Assembly (NCBI GenBank): GCA_934130085.1
Contig: CAKOXK010000003.1
Location: 3,070-67,069 of the forward strand
Source of the DNA: an uncultured Clostridia bacterium
Lineage (GTDB): Bacteria > Bacillota > Clostridia > TANB77 > CAG-508
Length of the DNA stretch: 64,000 nucleotides
Direction of reading: 5' to 3'
Below, one piece after another: positions 55,459-64,000 of this stretch; the first letter of the stretch is position 1; each line of letters opens with the position of its first letter. The notes under the pieces are model-generated. The model saw only the letters and a list, made by a program, of their open reading frames with translations. It had not been told where the DNA came from and made no database searches. A program made the position numbers and the translations under genes.

Positions 55459-57387
55459 CTATATTTTTAGTGAATTTTTTGTGTGATCTTTTCCGATTTT
55501 TGTTTTCTTTTGTTTCAATGTTCTTGTAGCATTTAATACTGCAAGTACTGTTACTCCAACATCTGCAAATACAGCTAAATACATTGGAGCTAAACCTATT
55601 GCTGCTAATATTAGCACTAACAATTTTACTGCTAATGCAAAGTAAATATTTTCATAAGCTATTCTTTGCGTTTTCTTTGAAATCTTTATTGCTTCACATA
55701 TTTTTGAGATTTTGTCTTCCATTAACACTATATCTGCAGCCTCAATTGCTGCGTCAGAGCCGAATGCTCCCATCGCTATTCCTATATCTGCTCTAGCAAT
55801 TACTGGTGCATCATTTATGCCGTCCCCAACAAATGCTACTTTCTCATTATTCTTCATTTCTTTTTCTATTTGTTCTACTTTTATAACTTTTTCTTCTGGC
55901 ATAAGTTCTGCGTAGAACTTATCAAGTTTTAATTCATTTGCAACATTCTCTGCTATTTTTTTGCTATCGCCTGTAAGCATTGCTGTTTTAATTTTTTCTT
56001 TTTTAAGCTCCTGAATTGCTTTTTTTGAATCATCTTTTATTCTGTCAGATATTACAACGTGCCCTAGGTATTTATTTTTGGTTGCGATGTGCACTATCGT
56101 TCCAACTTTTTTGCATTCTTCTACATCAATTCCGATTTTATTCATTAACTTTTTGTTGCCAACATATATTTCGTCATCATTTACTTGTGCTTTTACACCT
56201 ATTCCTGCAATCTCTTCTATATCTTTTATTTTGCAACCATCATCTAAATTATCCATTTTACTGTATGCTCTTTTTAATGACATCGCAATTGGATGAGTTG
56301 AATAATTTTCAACATGTGACGCAAGATGTAACAGCTTTTTTTCATCATACATATTTGGGTGAATTGCTACTACCTCAAACACACCTTCTGTTAATGTCCC
56401 CGTTTTATCAAACACGATTGCTTTTGTTTTTGATAGAGCCTCTAGATAATTTGCTCCTTTTATAAGTATGCCTTTTTTAGCAGCTCCTCCTATTCCACCA
56501 AAGTATGATAGTGGAACAGATATAACAAGTGCACATGGACATGATACTACTAAAAATGTTAATGCTCTTGAAATCCATGTAGTAAAATCTTTAGTAATTA
56601 TTGATGGAACAATTACCAAAACAAGTGCTGCTATTACAACAATTGGGGTATAAATTTTTGCAAACTTTGTTATGAATTTGTCACTACTTGATTTATGTTC
56701 AGAAGCATTTTCAACTAAATTAATGATTTTTGACGCTGTTGATTCCTCAAATATTTTTGTAACTCTTACCTTTACACTTCCGGTTAGATTTACACAGCCA
56801 GAAATTATTTCTTCATTTTCTTTTGCACTTCTTGGAACGCTTTCTCCTGTTATTGCAACTGTATTTAAATTAGTTTTTCCTTCAATTATTACTCCATCCA
56901 TTGGAACTTTCTCTCCAGGATTTATTTGAATAATTTCACCTACCTTTACTGTTTTTGGATCAACCTTCTTTGTCTTGCCATTATCATTTTCAACAAGGTT
57001 TGCATAATCAGGTCTTATTTCCATTAACGAATTTATAGACTTTTTACTATTGCCTTCTGCTATCATTTCAAATAACTCACCAACTTGGAAAAATAGCATA
57101 ACAAATACCGCTTCTGTAAACTCACTCTTGCTGTTTGGCAAGAACCCAATAAGCATTGCTCCCATTGTTGCGATTGTCATTAGTAAATCTTCGCTGAAAA
57201 TTTCCTTTTCTTTTATGCCTTCAATCGCTTCTTTTATTACGTCAAAGCCAGCTATTGCATAAGGCACAGCATATATAATTAAATTTATCCACATTGGAAA
57301 ATTTGTTAATCTATCAATTATTACTGCTATAATTAACGTAATTGCGGATAATATAATTTGTAATTTTTTTTGTTTGATTTCTTCCAT
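55459..57387 (-). CDS. P1B-type heavy-metal (Cd/Zn/Co-type) translocating ATPase without an N-terminal HMA domain
   Basis: Motifs TGES, CPC (VSCPCALV), DKTGTLT and GDGINDAP. Preferred start is ATG 57387, after GGAAGGAG. Confidence 0.9.
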   Translation of the reverse strand: MEEIKQKKLQIILSAITLIIAVIIDRLTNFPMWINLIIYAVPYAIAGFDVIKEAIEGIKEKEIFSEDLLMTIATMGAMLIGFLPNSKSEFTEAVFVMLFFQVGELFEMIAEGNSKKSINSLMEIRPDYANLVENDNGKTKKVDPKTVKVGEIIQINPGEKVPMDGVIIEGKTNLNTVAITGESVPRSAKENEEIISGCVNLTGSVKVRVTKIFEESTASKIINLVENASEHKSSSDKFITKFAKIYTPIVVIAALVLVIVPSIITKDFTTWISRALTFLVVSCPCALVISVPLSYFGGIGGAAKKGILIKGANYLEALSKTKAIVFDKTGTLTEGVFEVVAIHPNMYDEKKLLHLASHVENYSTHPIAMSLKRAYSKMDNLDDGCKIKDIEEIAGIGVKAQVNDDEIYVGNKKLMNKIGIDVEECKKVGTIVHIATKNKYLGHVVISDRIKDDSKKAIQELKKEKIKTAMLTGDSKKIAENVANELKLDKFYAELMPEEKVIKVEQIEKEMKNNEKVAFVGDGINDAPVIARADIGIAMGAFGSDAAIEAADIVLMEDKISKICEAIKISKKTQRIAYENIYFALAVKLLVLILAAIGLAPMYLAVFADVGVTVLAVLNATRTLKQKKTKIGKDHTKNSLKI

Positions 57388-57545
57388 AAGACTTTCTCCT
57401 TCCGTAATTCTTATGTAATTCATTTTCCGATAAATTATATTATATAGAAATTTTAATTACAACCACTAATTTATATTTCTGCGAATAACTTGTGATAAGA
57501 TCCCCTTGTAAGATTAACTTATTTTTTACTTAATTTATTTTTTAA

Positions 57546-57601
57546 CTTTTTTCTCGTACAAGTTGCATTTACTTTGCAGAATTGCATTTAACTTTTTACT
57601 T
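57546..57601. promoter_or_regulatory. conserved 56-nt motif, copy 2 (inverted relative to 744-798), about 160 nt upstream of the ATPase gene
   Basis: The rc reads AAGTAAAAAGTTAAATGCAATTCTGCAAAGTAAATGCAACTTGTACGAGAAAAAAG. Confidence 0.5.
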
Positions 57602-57684
57602 AACAACATTGTATAATTTATAATAATGACTTTAAGGCAAATGAATTGTTATTTTTAAGTATATTTTATATTTTTATTTTTATT

Positions 57685-57825
57685 AAGATTTAATAATATA
57701 TTGTTTTTCGAAGCCTTGTTCGTTTTTTTCTTCGTTAGTCAAAATTAGACTTTCGGAAGAAAAAAACATTCGCGCTTCGCTTAATCGCTAACGCGGCTTT
57801 CTTAAACAATATATTATTAAATCTT
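57685..57825 (-). repeat. palindromic intergenic element, copy C (inverted relative to copy A)
   Basis: Arms AAGATTTAATAATATATTGTTT / AAACAATATATTATTAAATCTT. Inner hairpin GTTTTTTTCTTCG...CGGAAGAAAAAAAC. The same conserved core is present in reverse complement. Confidence 0.8.
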
Positions 57826-57832
57826 ATATATA

Positions 57833-57924
57833 AAAATGTGTAAAAAGAAAAAAACAATCTTTATTAGCATTTTACTATTAAAATGTGCAAAAAGAAAAAC
57901 AATCTTTATTAGCATTTTACTATT
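57833..57924. repeat. direct repeat of about 46 bp x2
   Basis: AAAATGTG(T/C)AAAAAGAAAAA(AA)CAATCTTTATTAGCATTTTACTATT occurs twice in tandem. Confidence 0.8.
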
Positions 57925-57940
57925 AATAAGATTGTTTTTC
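57894..57940 (-). terminator. terminator after the ABC transporter pair
   Basis: GAAAAACAATCTT / AAGATTGTTTTTC 13-bp stem with a T-tract on the minus strand, 16 nt after the stop at 57956. Confidence 0.6.
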
Positions 57941-57955
57941 TGATACTTAAGTGTT

Positions 57956-59782
57956 CTATAATTCAAATTGTGAATTATATAGTTTTGCATAGAACCCATT
58001 TTGCTTCATTAATTCTTCATGATTTCCTTGCTCTATTATGTTTCCTTCATTCATTACTAGTATTAGGTCTGCATTTTTAATTGTTGATAATCTGTGTGCT
58101 ATGATAAATGATGTTTTTCCTTCTGTTAGTTTGTCCATTGCTTTTTGTACTAGCTCTTCTGTTCTTGTATCAACATTACTTGTTGCTTCGTCTAGTATTA
58201 AGAATGGAGCTTTTTGTAGCATTCCTCTTGCTATTGTTAGTAATTGCTTTTGACCTGCTGATACATTCTCATTTTCTGATAGCTGTGTATCATATCCTTT
58301 GGGAAGTGTTTTTATGAAGTGATCTAGGCCCACAACTTTGCATACATTTTCAACATCTTCATCTGTTACATCCTTGTTATTGTATACTATATTTTCTTTT
58401 ATTGTTCCTTCAAATAACCATGTGTCTTGTAACACCATTGTAAATAGGTCGTGTATATTTGATCTCTTTAATTCTTTTTCTGATACTCCATCTAATTTAA
58501 TATCACCTGATGTTAGGTCATAAAATTTCATTAATAAATTTACTATTGTTGTTTTTCCTGCCCCTGTTGGTCCTACAATTGCTATTTTTTGTCCTGGATT
58601 TGCTACTGCACTAAAGTTAACAATTGTTGGTTTTGGATTATTATCATATTGAAATACTATGTTTTCAAATTCTATTTTTCCTTTAGCTTTTGATTTATCA
58701 AGTACCTTCTCTATACTTTCTTCTGATGGCATTTCTTTAGCATCTAATATATCAAATACTCTTTCAGAAGCTGCTGCTGTTGATTGAAGTGCTGTCATTG
58801 CTTGTGCCATTTGAGCTAATGGATTTGTAAATAGTCTTACATAGGTGATGAATGCTACTATTACACCAAATGATATACTACCATTCATTGTAAGTAGTGC
58901 ACCTACTATACATACTGCAACATATCCGAAGTTTCCAATAAATTGCATTATTGGGTTCATTAAACCTGATAGGAATTGGCTCTTTCTGTTTGCCTCATAT
59001 ACTTTTTTGTTTAATTCATCAAATTTTTTGTTTGCTTGTTCCTGACCATTATATACCTTTACTATACTTATTCCTGAATAGATTTCCTCAATATGGCCAT
59101 CTAGTTTTCCTAATTCTTCTTGTCTTGCTAAAAAGTATTTTTGTGATTTTCCTAATATTATAAACATTAGTATAAATCCTATTAATGTAGCGCCTATTGC
59201 AGTTAGTGCCATAATCCAGTTTGTTGTGAACATCATTATAATTGTACCTAAGAATAATACAATGTTGCTGATTAATGAGATCAATGATTGATTCATAGAT
59301 TGTGCTATTGTATCAACATCATTGGTTACTCTTGATAATACATCACCTATTGGATTTAGGTCAAAATACCTTAAAGGTAATTTGTTTATTTTTTCTGATA
59401 TTCTTGTTCTAAGACTTTTTGCAAACCAGTTTGATACGTTTGTCATTATAATACTTTGCATGAATGTTGATAAAGCACTCGTTATATACATAATTGCTAA
59501 TATAATTGCGATATGTTTTATTCCGTCAAAGTCCATATTTCCCATTAAGCCAGCCGATATTTTGTTTGTTAAATCTGATATTTTATTTGGTGCTTTTATT
59601 GAAAGTACTGCACCAACTACTGCTAGAATAATGGCTATAAATATTAATATTTTATATTTATTAAGTTCTTTAAATAGTCTAAGAACTGCCTTTTTAAAGT
59701 TCTTTGGCTTTTCTCCAGGAGTTCCTCTTCTTCCACCTGGTCCCATTCTTGGAGGTCTTGTTCTTTCTTGTTCATTACTCAT
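57956..59782 (-). CDS. ABC exporter, fused permease/ATPase (heterodimer partner B)
   Basis: Six-TM N-terminal domain. Walker A GPTGAGKTT, signature VSAGQKQLL and Walker B LILDEATS. Confidence 0.9.
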   Translation of the reverse strand: MSNEQERTRPPRMGPGGRRGTPGEKPKNFKKAVLRLFKELNKYKILIFIAIILAVVGAVLSIKAPNKISDLTNKISAGLMGNMDFDGIKHIAIILAIMYITSALSTFMQSIIMTNVSNWFAKSLRTRISEKINKLPLRYFDLNPIGDVLSRVTNDVDTIAQSMNQSLISLISNIVLFLGTIIMMFTTNWIMALTAIGATLIGFILMFIILGKSQKYFLARQEELGKLDGHIEEIYSGISIVKVYNGQEQANKKFDELNKKVYEANRKSQFLSGLMNPIMQFIGNFGYVAVCIVGALLTMNGSISFGVIVAFITYVRLFTNPLAQMAQAMTALQSTAAASERVFDILDAKEMPSEESIEKVLDKSKAKGKIEFENIVFQYDNNPKPTIVNFSAVANPGQKIAIVGPTGAGKTTIVNLLMKFYDLTSGDIKLDGVSEKELKRSNIHDLFTMVLQDTWLFEGTIKENIVYNNKDVTDEDVENVCKVVGLDHFIKTLPKGYDTQLSENENVSAGQKQLLTIARGMLQKAPFLILDEATSNVDTRTEELVQKAMDKLTEGKTSFIIAHRLSTIKNADLILVMNEGNIIEQGNHEELMKQNGFYAKLYNSQFEL

Positions 59783-61541
59783 TTTCTTCTAGTTCCTCCT
59801 TTGAAAGTTGTGATAGTGCTATTTGTTTATATACTTCGCAGTTTTCTAATAGTTCCTTGTGCTTGCCCATTCCTACAATCTTACCTTCATCTAAAACAAT
59901 TATTTTATCTGCATTCATAATTGTACCAATTCTTTGTGCTACTATTAGAATTGTTGCATTTTTAGTATATTCTCTAAGAGCTTTTCTTAATACACTATCT
60001 GTTTTATAGTCTAGTGCTGAGAATGTGTCATCAAAAATATATATTTCGGGTTTTCTTGAAATTGCTCTAGCTATTGATATTCTCTGCTTTTGTCCTCCTG
60101 AAACGTTAGTTCCACCCCTTGCCATATCAGTATCATAGCCATTTTCCATTTTCTCTACGAAATCTTTTGCTTGCGCAACTTCTATTGCCTTTTTTACACT
60201 GTCTTTAGAAATTTCGCCTTTTAAATCATCACCATAAGCAACATTATTTGAAACTGTATCATTAAAAATTACTGCTTTTTGTGATACATATCCAATTTTT
60301 GAATGTAAGTATTTTTGCGTGTAATCTTTTATATTTACCCCATCAACTAAAACTTCGCCCGATGTTGCATCATAAAATCTTGGAACTAAATTTATTAGGG
60401 TTGATTTTCCGCTTCCTGTTGAACCAATAAATGCAATTGTTTCTCCTTTATTTGCTTTAAAACTTATATTCTCTAATATATTTTCTTCCGCATCAGGATA
60501 CTTGAAACTTACGTTTTTGAATTCTACTTCTCCAATTTTTCCTGTTGTATCATGATCAATTTTTCCATCTTTTATAGTAATTTCTGTATCTAAAACCTCA
60601 TTTATACGCTTTGCAGAAACTTCTGCTCTTGGCCACATCATAAATATCATGGCAAGCATTAAGAATGACATTATAATTTGCATTGAGTATGAGCTAAACA
60701 CTATCATGTCACCAAATATGCTCACTTTATCTGCTAGTCCTGCTTGGCTTATTAGGTTTGCACCTATAACATAAATTGCTAATGTTAAAAAATACATTAT
60801 TAAATACATGACTGGTGACATTACAGAAAAAGCTCTTTGATTAAATAGCTGTTGGTTTGTCAACTTGGCGTTTGCTTCTTCGAATTTGTTTTCTTGATAC
60901 TTTTCCGCATTAAAAGCTCTTACAACTCTTATTCCTGTAAGATTCTCACGTGTAACTCCGTTAATTTTATCTGTTAATCTTTGAACTTTTTTAAATCTTG
61001 GTATAACAATTATCATTAAGGTAATTACTACAGCTAATAGAATTACAACACCTATTGCTGTTACCATACTCCATTGCCAACTCTTTCCCATTATTTTAGT
61101 AATTGCCCATACTGCTGTAATTGGAGCTTTTATAATCAATTGAAGTCCCATTGCCATAAACATTTGCACTTGAGTTATATCATTTGTGGTTCTTGTTACT
61201 AGGCTACTTGTTGAAAAACTCTTTATTTCACTTATAGCTATATCTTGTACCTTGGTAAATATATTTTTTCTTATTTTTAACGAAAGATTTGCAGCGAAAT
61301 TCGCTGTAATATAGCCCACAACTATGCTTGACAATAGACTTGCAAAAGCACAAGCTAGCATATATCCTCCATTTTTCAATATGTCTCCCATTTGACTTCC
61401 TGGAGTTTGAACTAATACTGTTATTTCAGACATATAGTCAGGCATTTTCAATTCTAAAAATACTTGTAAAACAACTAGCGCGGTTGCTATTATAAGAAAT
61501 AATATATCTTTTTTATTTAGATTTTTGAGTAATTTAAGCAC
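59775..61541 (-). CDS. ABC exporter, fused permease/ATPase (heterodimer partner A)
   Basis: Walker A GSTGSGKST, signature VSGGQKQRI and Walker B IFDDTFS. It overlaps the downstream partner by 8 nt. Confidence 0.9.
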   Translation of the reverse strand: MLKLLKNLNKKDILFLIIATALVVLQVFLELKMPDYMSEITVLVQTPGSQMGDILKNGGYMLACAFASLLSSIVVGYITANFAANLSLKIRKNIFTKVQDIAISEIKSFSTSSLVTRTTNDITQVQMFMAMGLQLIIKAPITAVWAITKIMGKSWQWSMVTAIGVVILLAVVITLMIIVIPRFKKVQRLTDKINGVTRENLTGIRVVRAFNAEKYQENKFEEANAKLTNQQLFNQRAFSVMSPVMYLIMYFLTLAIYVIGANLISQAGLADKVSIFGDMIVFSSYSMQIIMSFLMLAMIFMMWPRAEVSAKRINEVLDTEITIKDGKIDHDTTGKIGEVEFKNVSFKYPDAEENILENISFKANKGETIAFIGSTGSGKSTLINLVPRFYDATSGEVLVDGVNIKDYTQKYLHSKIGYVSQKAVIFNDTVSNNVAYGDDLKGEISKDSVKKAIEVAQAKDFVEKMENGYDTDMARGGTNVSGGQKQRISIARAISRKPEIYIFDDTFSALDYKTDSVLRKALREYTKNATILIVAQRIGTIMNADKIIVLDEGKIVGMGKHKELLENCEVYKQIALSQLSKEELEENE

Positions 61542-61726
61542 TATCTTTCTCCTTTACATTTTTGTTTGTTCTAAGTTTTAGTATTATATCATAATTTTTT
61601 ATTTGAGTAACATAATACCCAATATTTTCACAAAATATTTACATTTTTCAGTATATTTATAATGATTCTGCTACTTCTTTGCTCTTTTAATTTTTCTATT
61701 ATAATTCATTGTCTCTGCCACATATC

Positions 61727-61939
61727 TTAATCTACAAATTCTTCTAGACTTGACTTTTTGCTGCCATCTTTAAAGAATTGTTCTTGCAAACTATTGGCGG
61801 TTTCTTTTACTTTTTCATCATATCCAGTTAATGCTGCATAAGGTGCAAATTGTGCCGCTCTATCACTTATTGGTATATGTGGGCGTTTTTGTGATTTTTG
61901 ATATTTCATGTTTATAATATCATCATAATTATTATTCAT
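61727..61939 (-). CDS. YolD-like small protein (Y-family polymerase accessory)
   Basis: 70 aa. DRAAQFAPYAALTGYDE resembles the YolD-like pattern. It overlaps the polymerase stop by 8 nt. Confidence 0.55.
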   Translation of the reverse strand: MNNNYDDIINMKYQKSQKRPHIPISDRAAQFAPYAALTGYDEKVKETANSLQEQFFKDGSKKSSLEEFVD

Positions 61940-63426
61940 TATGTCCTCCTACCTGCCCATTTCTTTCTATAGTTGTTCCTCCATCAACAAAATTCATTCC
62001 TTTTAAAATTGCATTCTTTCCATATTTGTTTTTTATTTTTATTATAGTGTGTTGTAGATTATTTTCCTTTTTTTCTTTTTTCTGCTTTTCCACAGTTTCC
62101 TCACTATTTGTGAATAAGTTCAGTTGCTGAAACTTGTTCTCTTTTTTATCTTCTTCTTCATTTTTTAAATTATTTACTGATATATTTATTCTTCTAACAG
62201 ATAAGTTCTTATTTATGATTCTTTCAAAGAGTTCATCTGTTTTAGAAGTTATTATTTTGGAAGATGATGTTCTAAAATCAAGATTTATTGTACCATGTGC
62301 GTGTTTTGGCACACTTCTTCCGGTACCTATCTATAGTAATTTCTCCTTGATAATTTGAGTTTACATTTTCCACATCATATCCAACTGTTAATACAATTTG
62401 ATTAGTTACTAAGTGTTTATTTGACAAATCAAGAGCAACTAGGTCAGCCATTTCCCTTACTATTAATTTGGTTTTTTCATAATTATATGGGCAATGCAAA
62501 ACCTGACCCGAATTCAAACTTTTGCTCTCCGGTTTGTAATTTTTAACATCCTTTAATGTGCAAGGCTCGTATCCCCAAGCATGGTCAATTAATAATTCTG
62601 CATTTATTCCAAATAAATTGTATAATAAATCTTCATTATAATAATCATTACTTTTTCCTACTGAACATCTTGCAATATCTCCCATAGTATATAAGCCATG
62701 TTCTTCAAGCTTTTTACTATACCCTGCACCAACTCTCCAAAAATCTTTTATTGGTCTATGATTCCAAAGCAATCTCCTGTATAACATTTCATCAAGATAT
62801 GCTATTCTAACTCCATTTTTATCAGGCTCAACATGTTTAGCCCATACGTCCATTGCGATTTTCGCTAGATAAAGATTGGTGCCTATTCCACATGTTGCTG
62901 TTATTCCAGTTGTCTGAAACACATCTTGTATTATTTTAGTGGCTAGTTTTTTTGCTGACATATTATAGTATTTCAGGTAATTTGTTATATCAAAAAAAAC
63001 CTCATCTATTGAATATGGAAACATATCATCATTTGAAATATATTTTAAGTAGATATTATAGATTCTTGTGCTATATTTCATGTAAAGATTCATTCTTGGC
63101 TTCGCTATAATATAAGTTAATTCTAATGATTTATTATTTTTAAGGTCAAGTTTATTATATGAATTGCCTGTAAATTGATGATTTGGAGCTTGCATTTTTC
63201 TTGCATTATTTATTTGTTTGACCTTTTGAACTACCTCAAAAAGCCTTGCTCTTCCCGGAATGCCATATTCTTTTAATGAAGGAGTAACTGCAAGACATAT
63301 TGTTTTTTCAGTGCGACACGAATCCGCCACCACTAGGTTTGTAGTTATTGGATTTAAATTTCTTTCTTTGCATTCAACAGAAGCATAAAAGCTCTTTAGA
63401 TCAATGCACATATACAACTTTTCCAT
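61932..63426 (-). pseudogene. Y-family DNA polymerase (UvrX/YqjW/ImpB-like) with a 1-nt frameshift
   Basis: The N-terminus MCIDLKSFYASVEC is typical. ORF 62278..63426 ends ...ITIDRYRKKCAKTRTW, while ORF 61932..62312 begins (GR)SVPKHAHGTINLD. Removing one C in GGTACCGG near 62325 joins them. Confidence 0.7.
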
Positions 63427-63432
63427 GTTTTC

Positions 63433-63461
63433 ATTATAGAACGTTTGTTTGAGATTGTCAA
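63433..63461 (-). promoter_or_regulatory. consensus sigma-A promoter with an SOS (Cheo/LexA-type) box in the spacer; probably a leaderless transcript
   Basis: On the minus strand the sequence reads TTGACA (63461..63456), a 17-nt spacer, then TATAAT (63438..63433). The spacer contains AAACAAACGTTC, which reads GAACGTTTGTTT on the plus strand at 63439-63450, against the consensus GAAC-N4-GTTC. The ATG lies 6 nt after the -10 and there is no SD. Confidence 0.6.
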
Positions 63462-63550
63462 CATCTTTTTCTAATTACTTTTTAACTACCACTTGTTTTT
63501 TACAGGATTACTTTTCCAATTGACCATCAATATTTTTAGTAAAAATTATT

Positions 63551-63647
63551 CAATAAAAAAACATGCAATATTTAATTTGTACTGAACCCGCCTTATTAAA
63601 CTTTTTTGTCTAATAATTTGGGTTCACTTCAATTTAATAATTGCATG
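63551..63647 (-). terminator. long compound hairpin plus T7 tract after the partial gene at the window end
   Basis: The outer stem is CATGCAAT (63562-63569) / ATTGCATG (63640-63647). The inner stem is TGAACCC (63583-63589) / GGGTTCA (63620-63626). TTTTTTT follows on the minus strand. Confidence 0.5.
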
Positions 63648-63656
63648 CTTTTTTAT

Positions 63657-64000
63657 TTATGCTGGTAAATAGTACACAGTGATTCCAACGTTTCCTTGTG
63701 TATAATTATTTTTTGCACTTCCACTTAATGTTACCGTATTTCCACTTAAACTTACATTAAGATTTGTACCATAAGTTTCTCCTCCACCCCAACTTGTGAT
63801 TCCGCATCCTATTGGTGTGTATCCACTAACAGTAACATTAATTTGTAAGCTTCCTCCGCTTGCATACCAGTCTATCCATTTAGAGTAGCCTCTTGATATT
63901 ACCCCTGATTTTACTGATTGTGATGCGGCACTATAGCCGTTATTATACCCACTATTATAGTTATTGGTTTCTCCTGCACCATTTCCAACTATTTTCTTTC
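63657..64000 (-). CDS. hypothetical G/S/N/Y-rich protein; only the C-terminal part is in the window
   Basis: The open minus-strand frame ends ...NVGITVYYLPA with TAA at 63659..63657. The 5' end lies beyond the window. Confidence 0.5.
   Translation of the reverse strand, partial: KKIVGNGAGETNNYNSGYNNGYSAASQSVKSGVISRGYSKWIDWYASGGSLQINVTVSGYTPIGCGITSWGGGETYGTNLNVSLSGNTVTLSGSAKNNYTQGNVGITVYYLPA

Overview
Low-GC, Clostridium-like Firmicute chromosome. The evidence is an alpha/beta-type SASP spore protein, gatCAB, pflBA-adhE, rnhB and htrA. Housekeeping blocks at about 1-23.5 kb and 45.4-64 kb flank an accessory region at about 23.5-45.4 kb. Within that region, three remnants of the 3' half of an initiator tRNA(fMet) gene lie in the same orientation at about 26.3, 35.3 and 45.3 kb. 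They delimit two tandem islands of about 9-10 kb, both apparently immobilised because the only integrase is frameshifted.

Island 1 carries a tightly coupled HTH-Fic / SF1-helicase / 213-aa cassette, a decayed orphan type I hsdR, and a 740-aa PD-(D/E)xK + SEC-C protein. Island 2 carries a GNAT, an N6-adenine methyltransferase with a putative restriction endonuclease, and a compact three-gene operon: a Hanks-type Ser/Thr kinase, a 394-aa unknown protein and a 133-aa PD-(D/E)xK-like protein. I consider that operon the best candidate for an undescribed defence-type system.

Outside the islands, several things stand out:
- A family of about 145-bp palindromic intergenic elements, in three full copies plus one minimal hairpin, shows compensatory stem changes between copies.
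- Tandem duplications start inside or next to gene 3' ends. One is a 39-bp x5 array at the gatB stop that opens a 51-codon basic repeat ORF.
- A 56-nt motif is shared between two loci about 57 kb apart.
- An NrdD-like protein lacks the glycyl-radical C-terminus.
- Three genes have single-base frameshifts: a GGDEF-domain gene, a Y-family polymerase and the integrase.

No rRNA gene, intact tRNA gene or CRISPR array was seen. All family assignments come from motifs read by eye and recalled from memory, with no database search.
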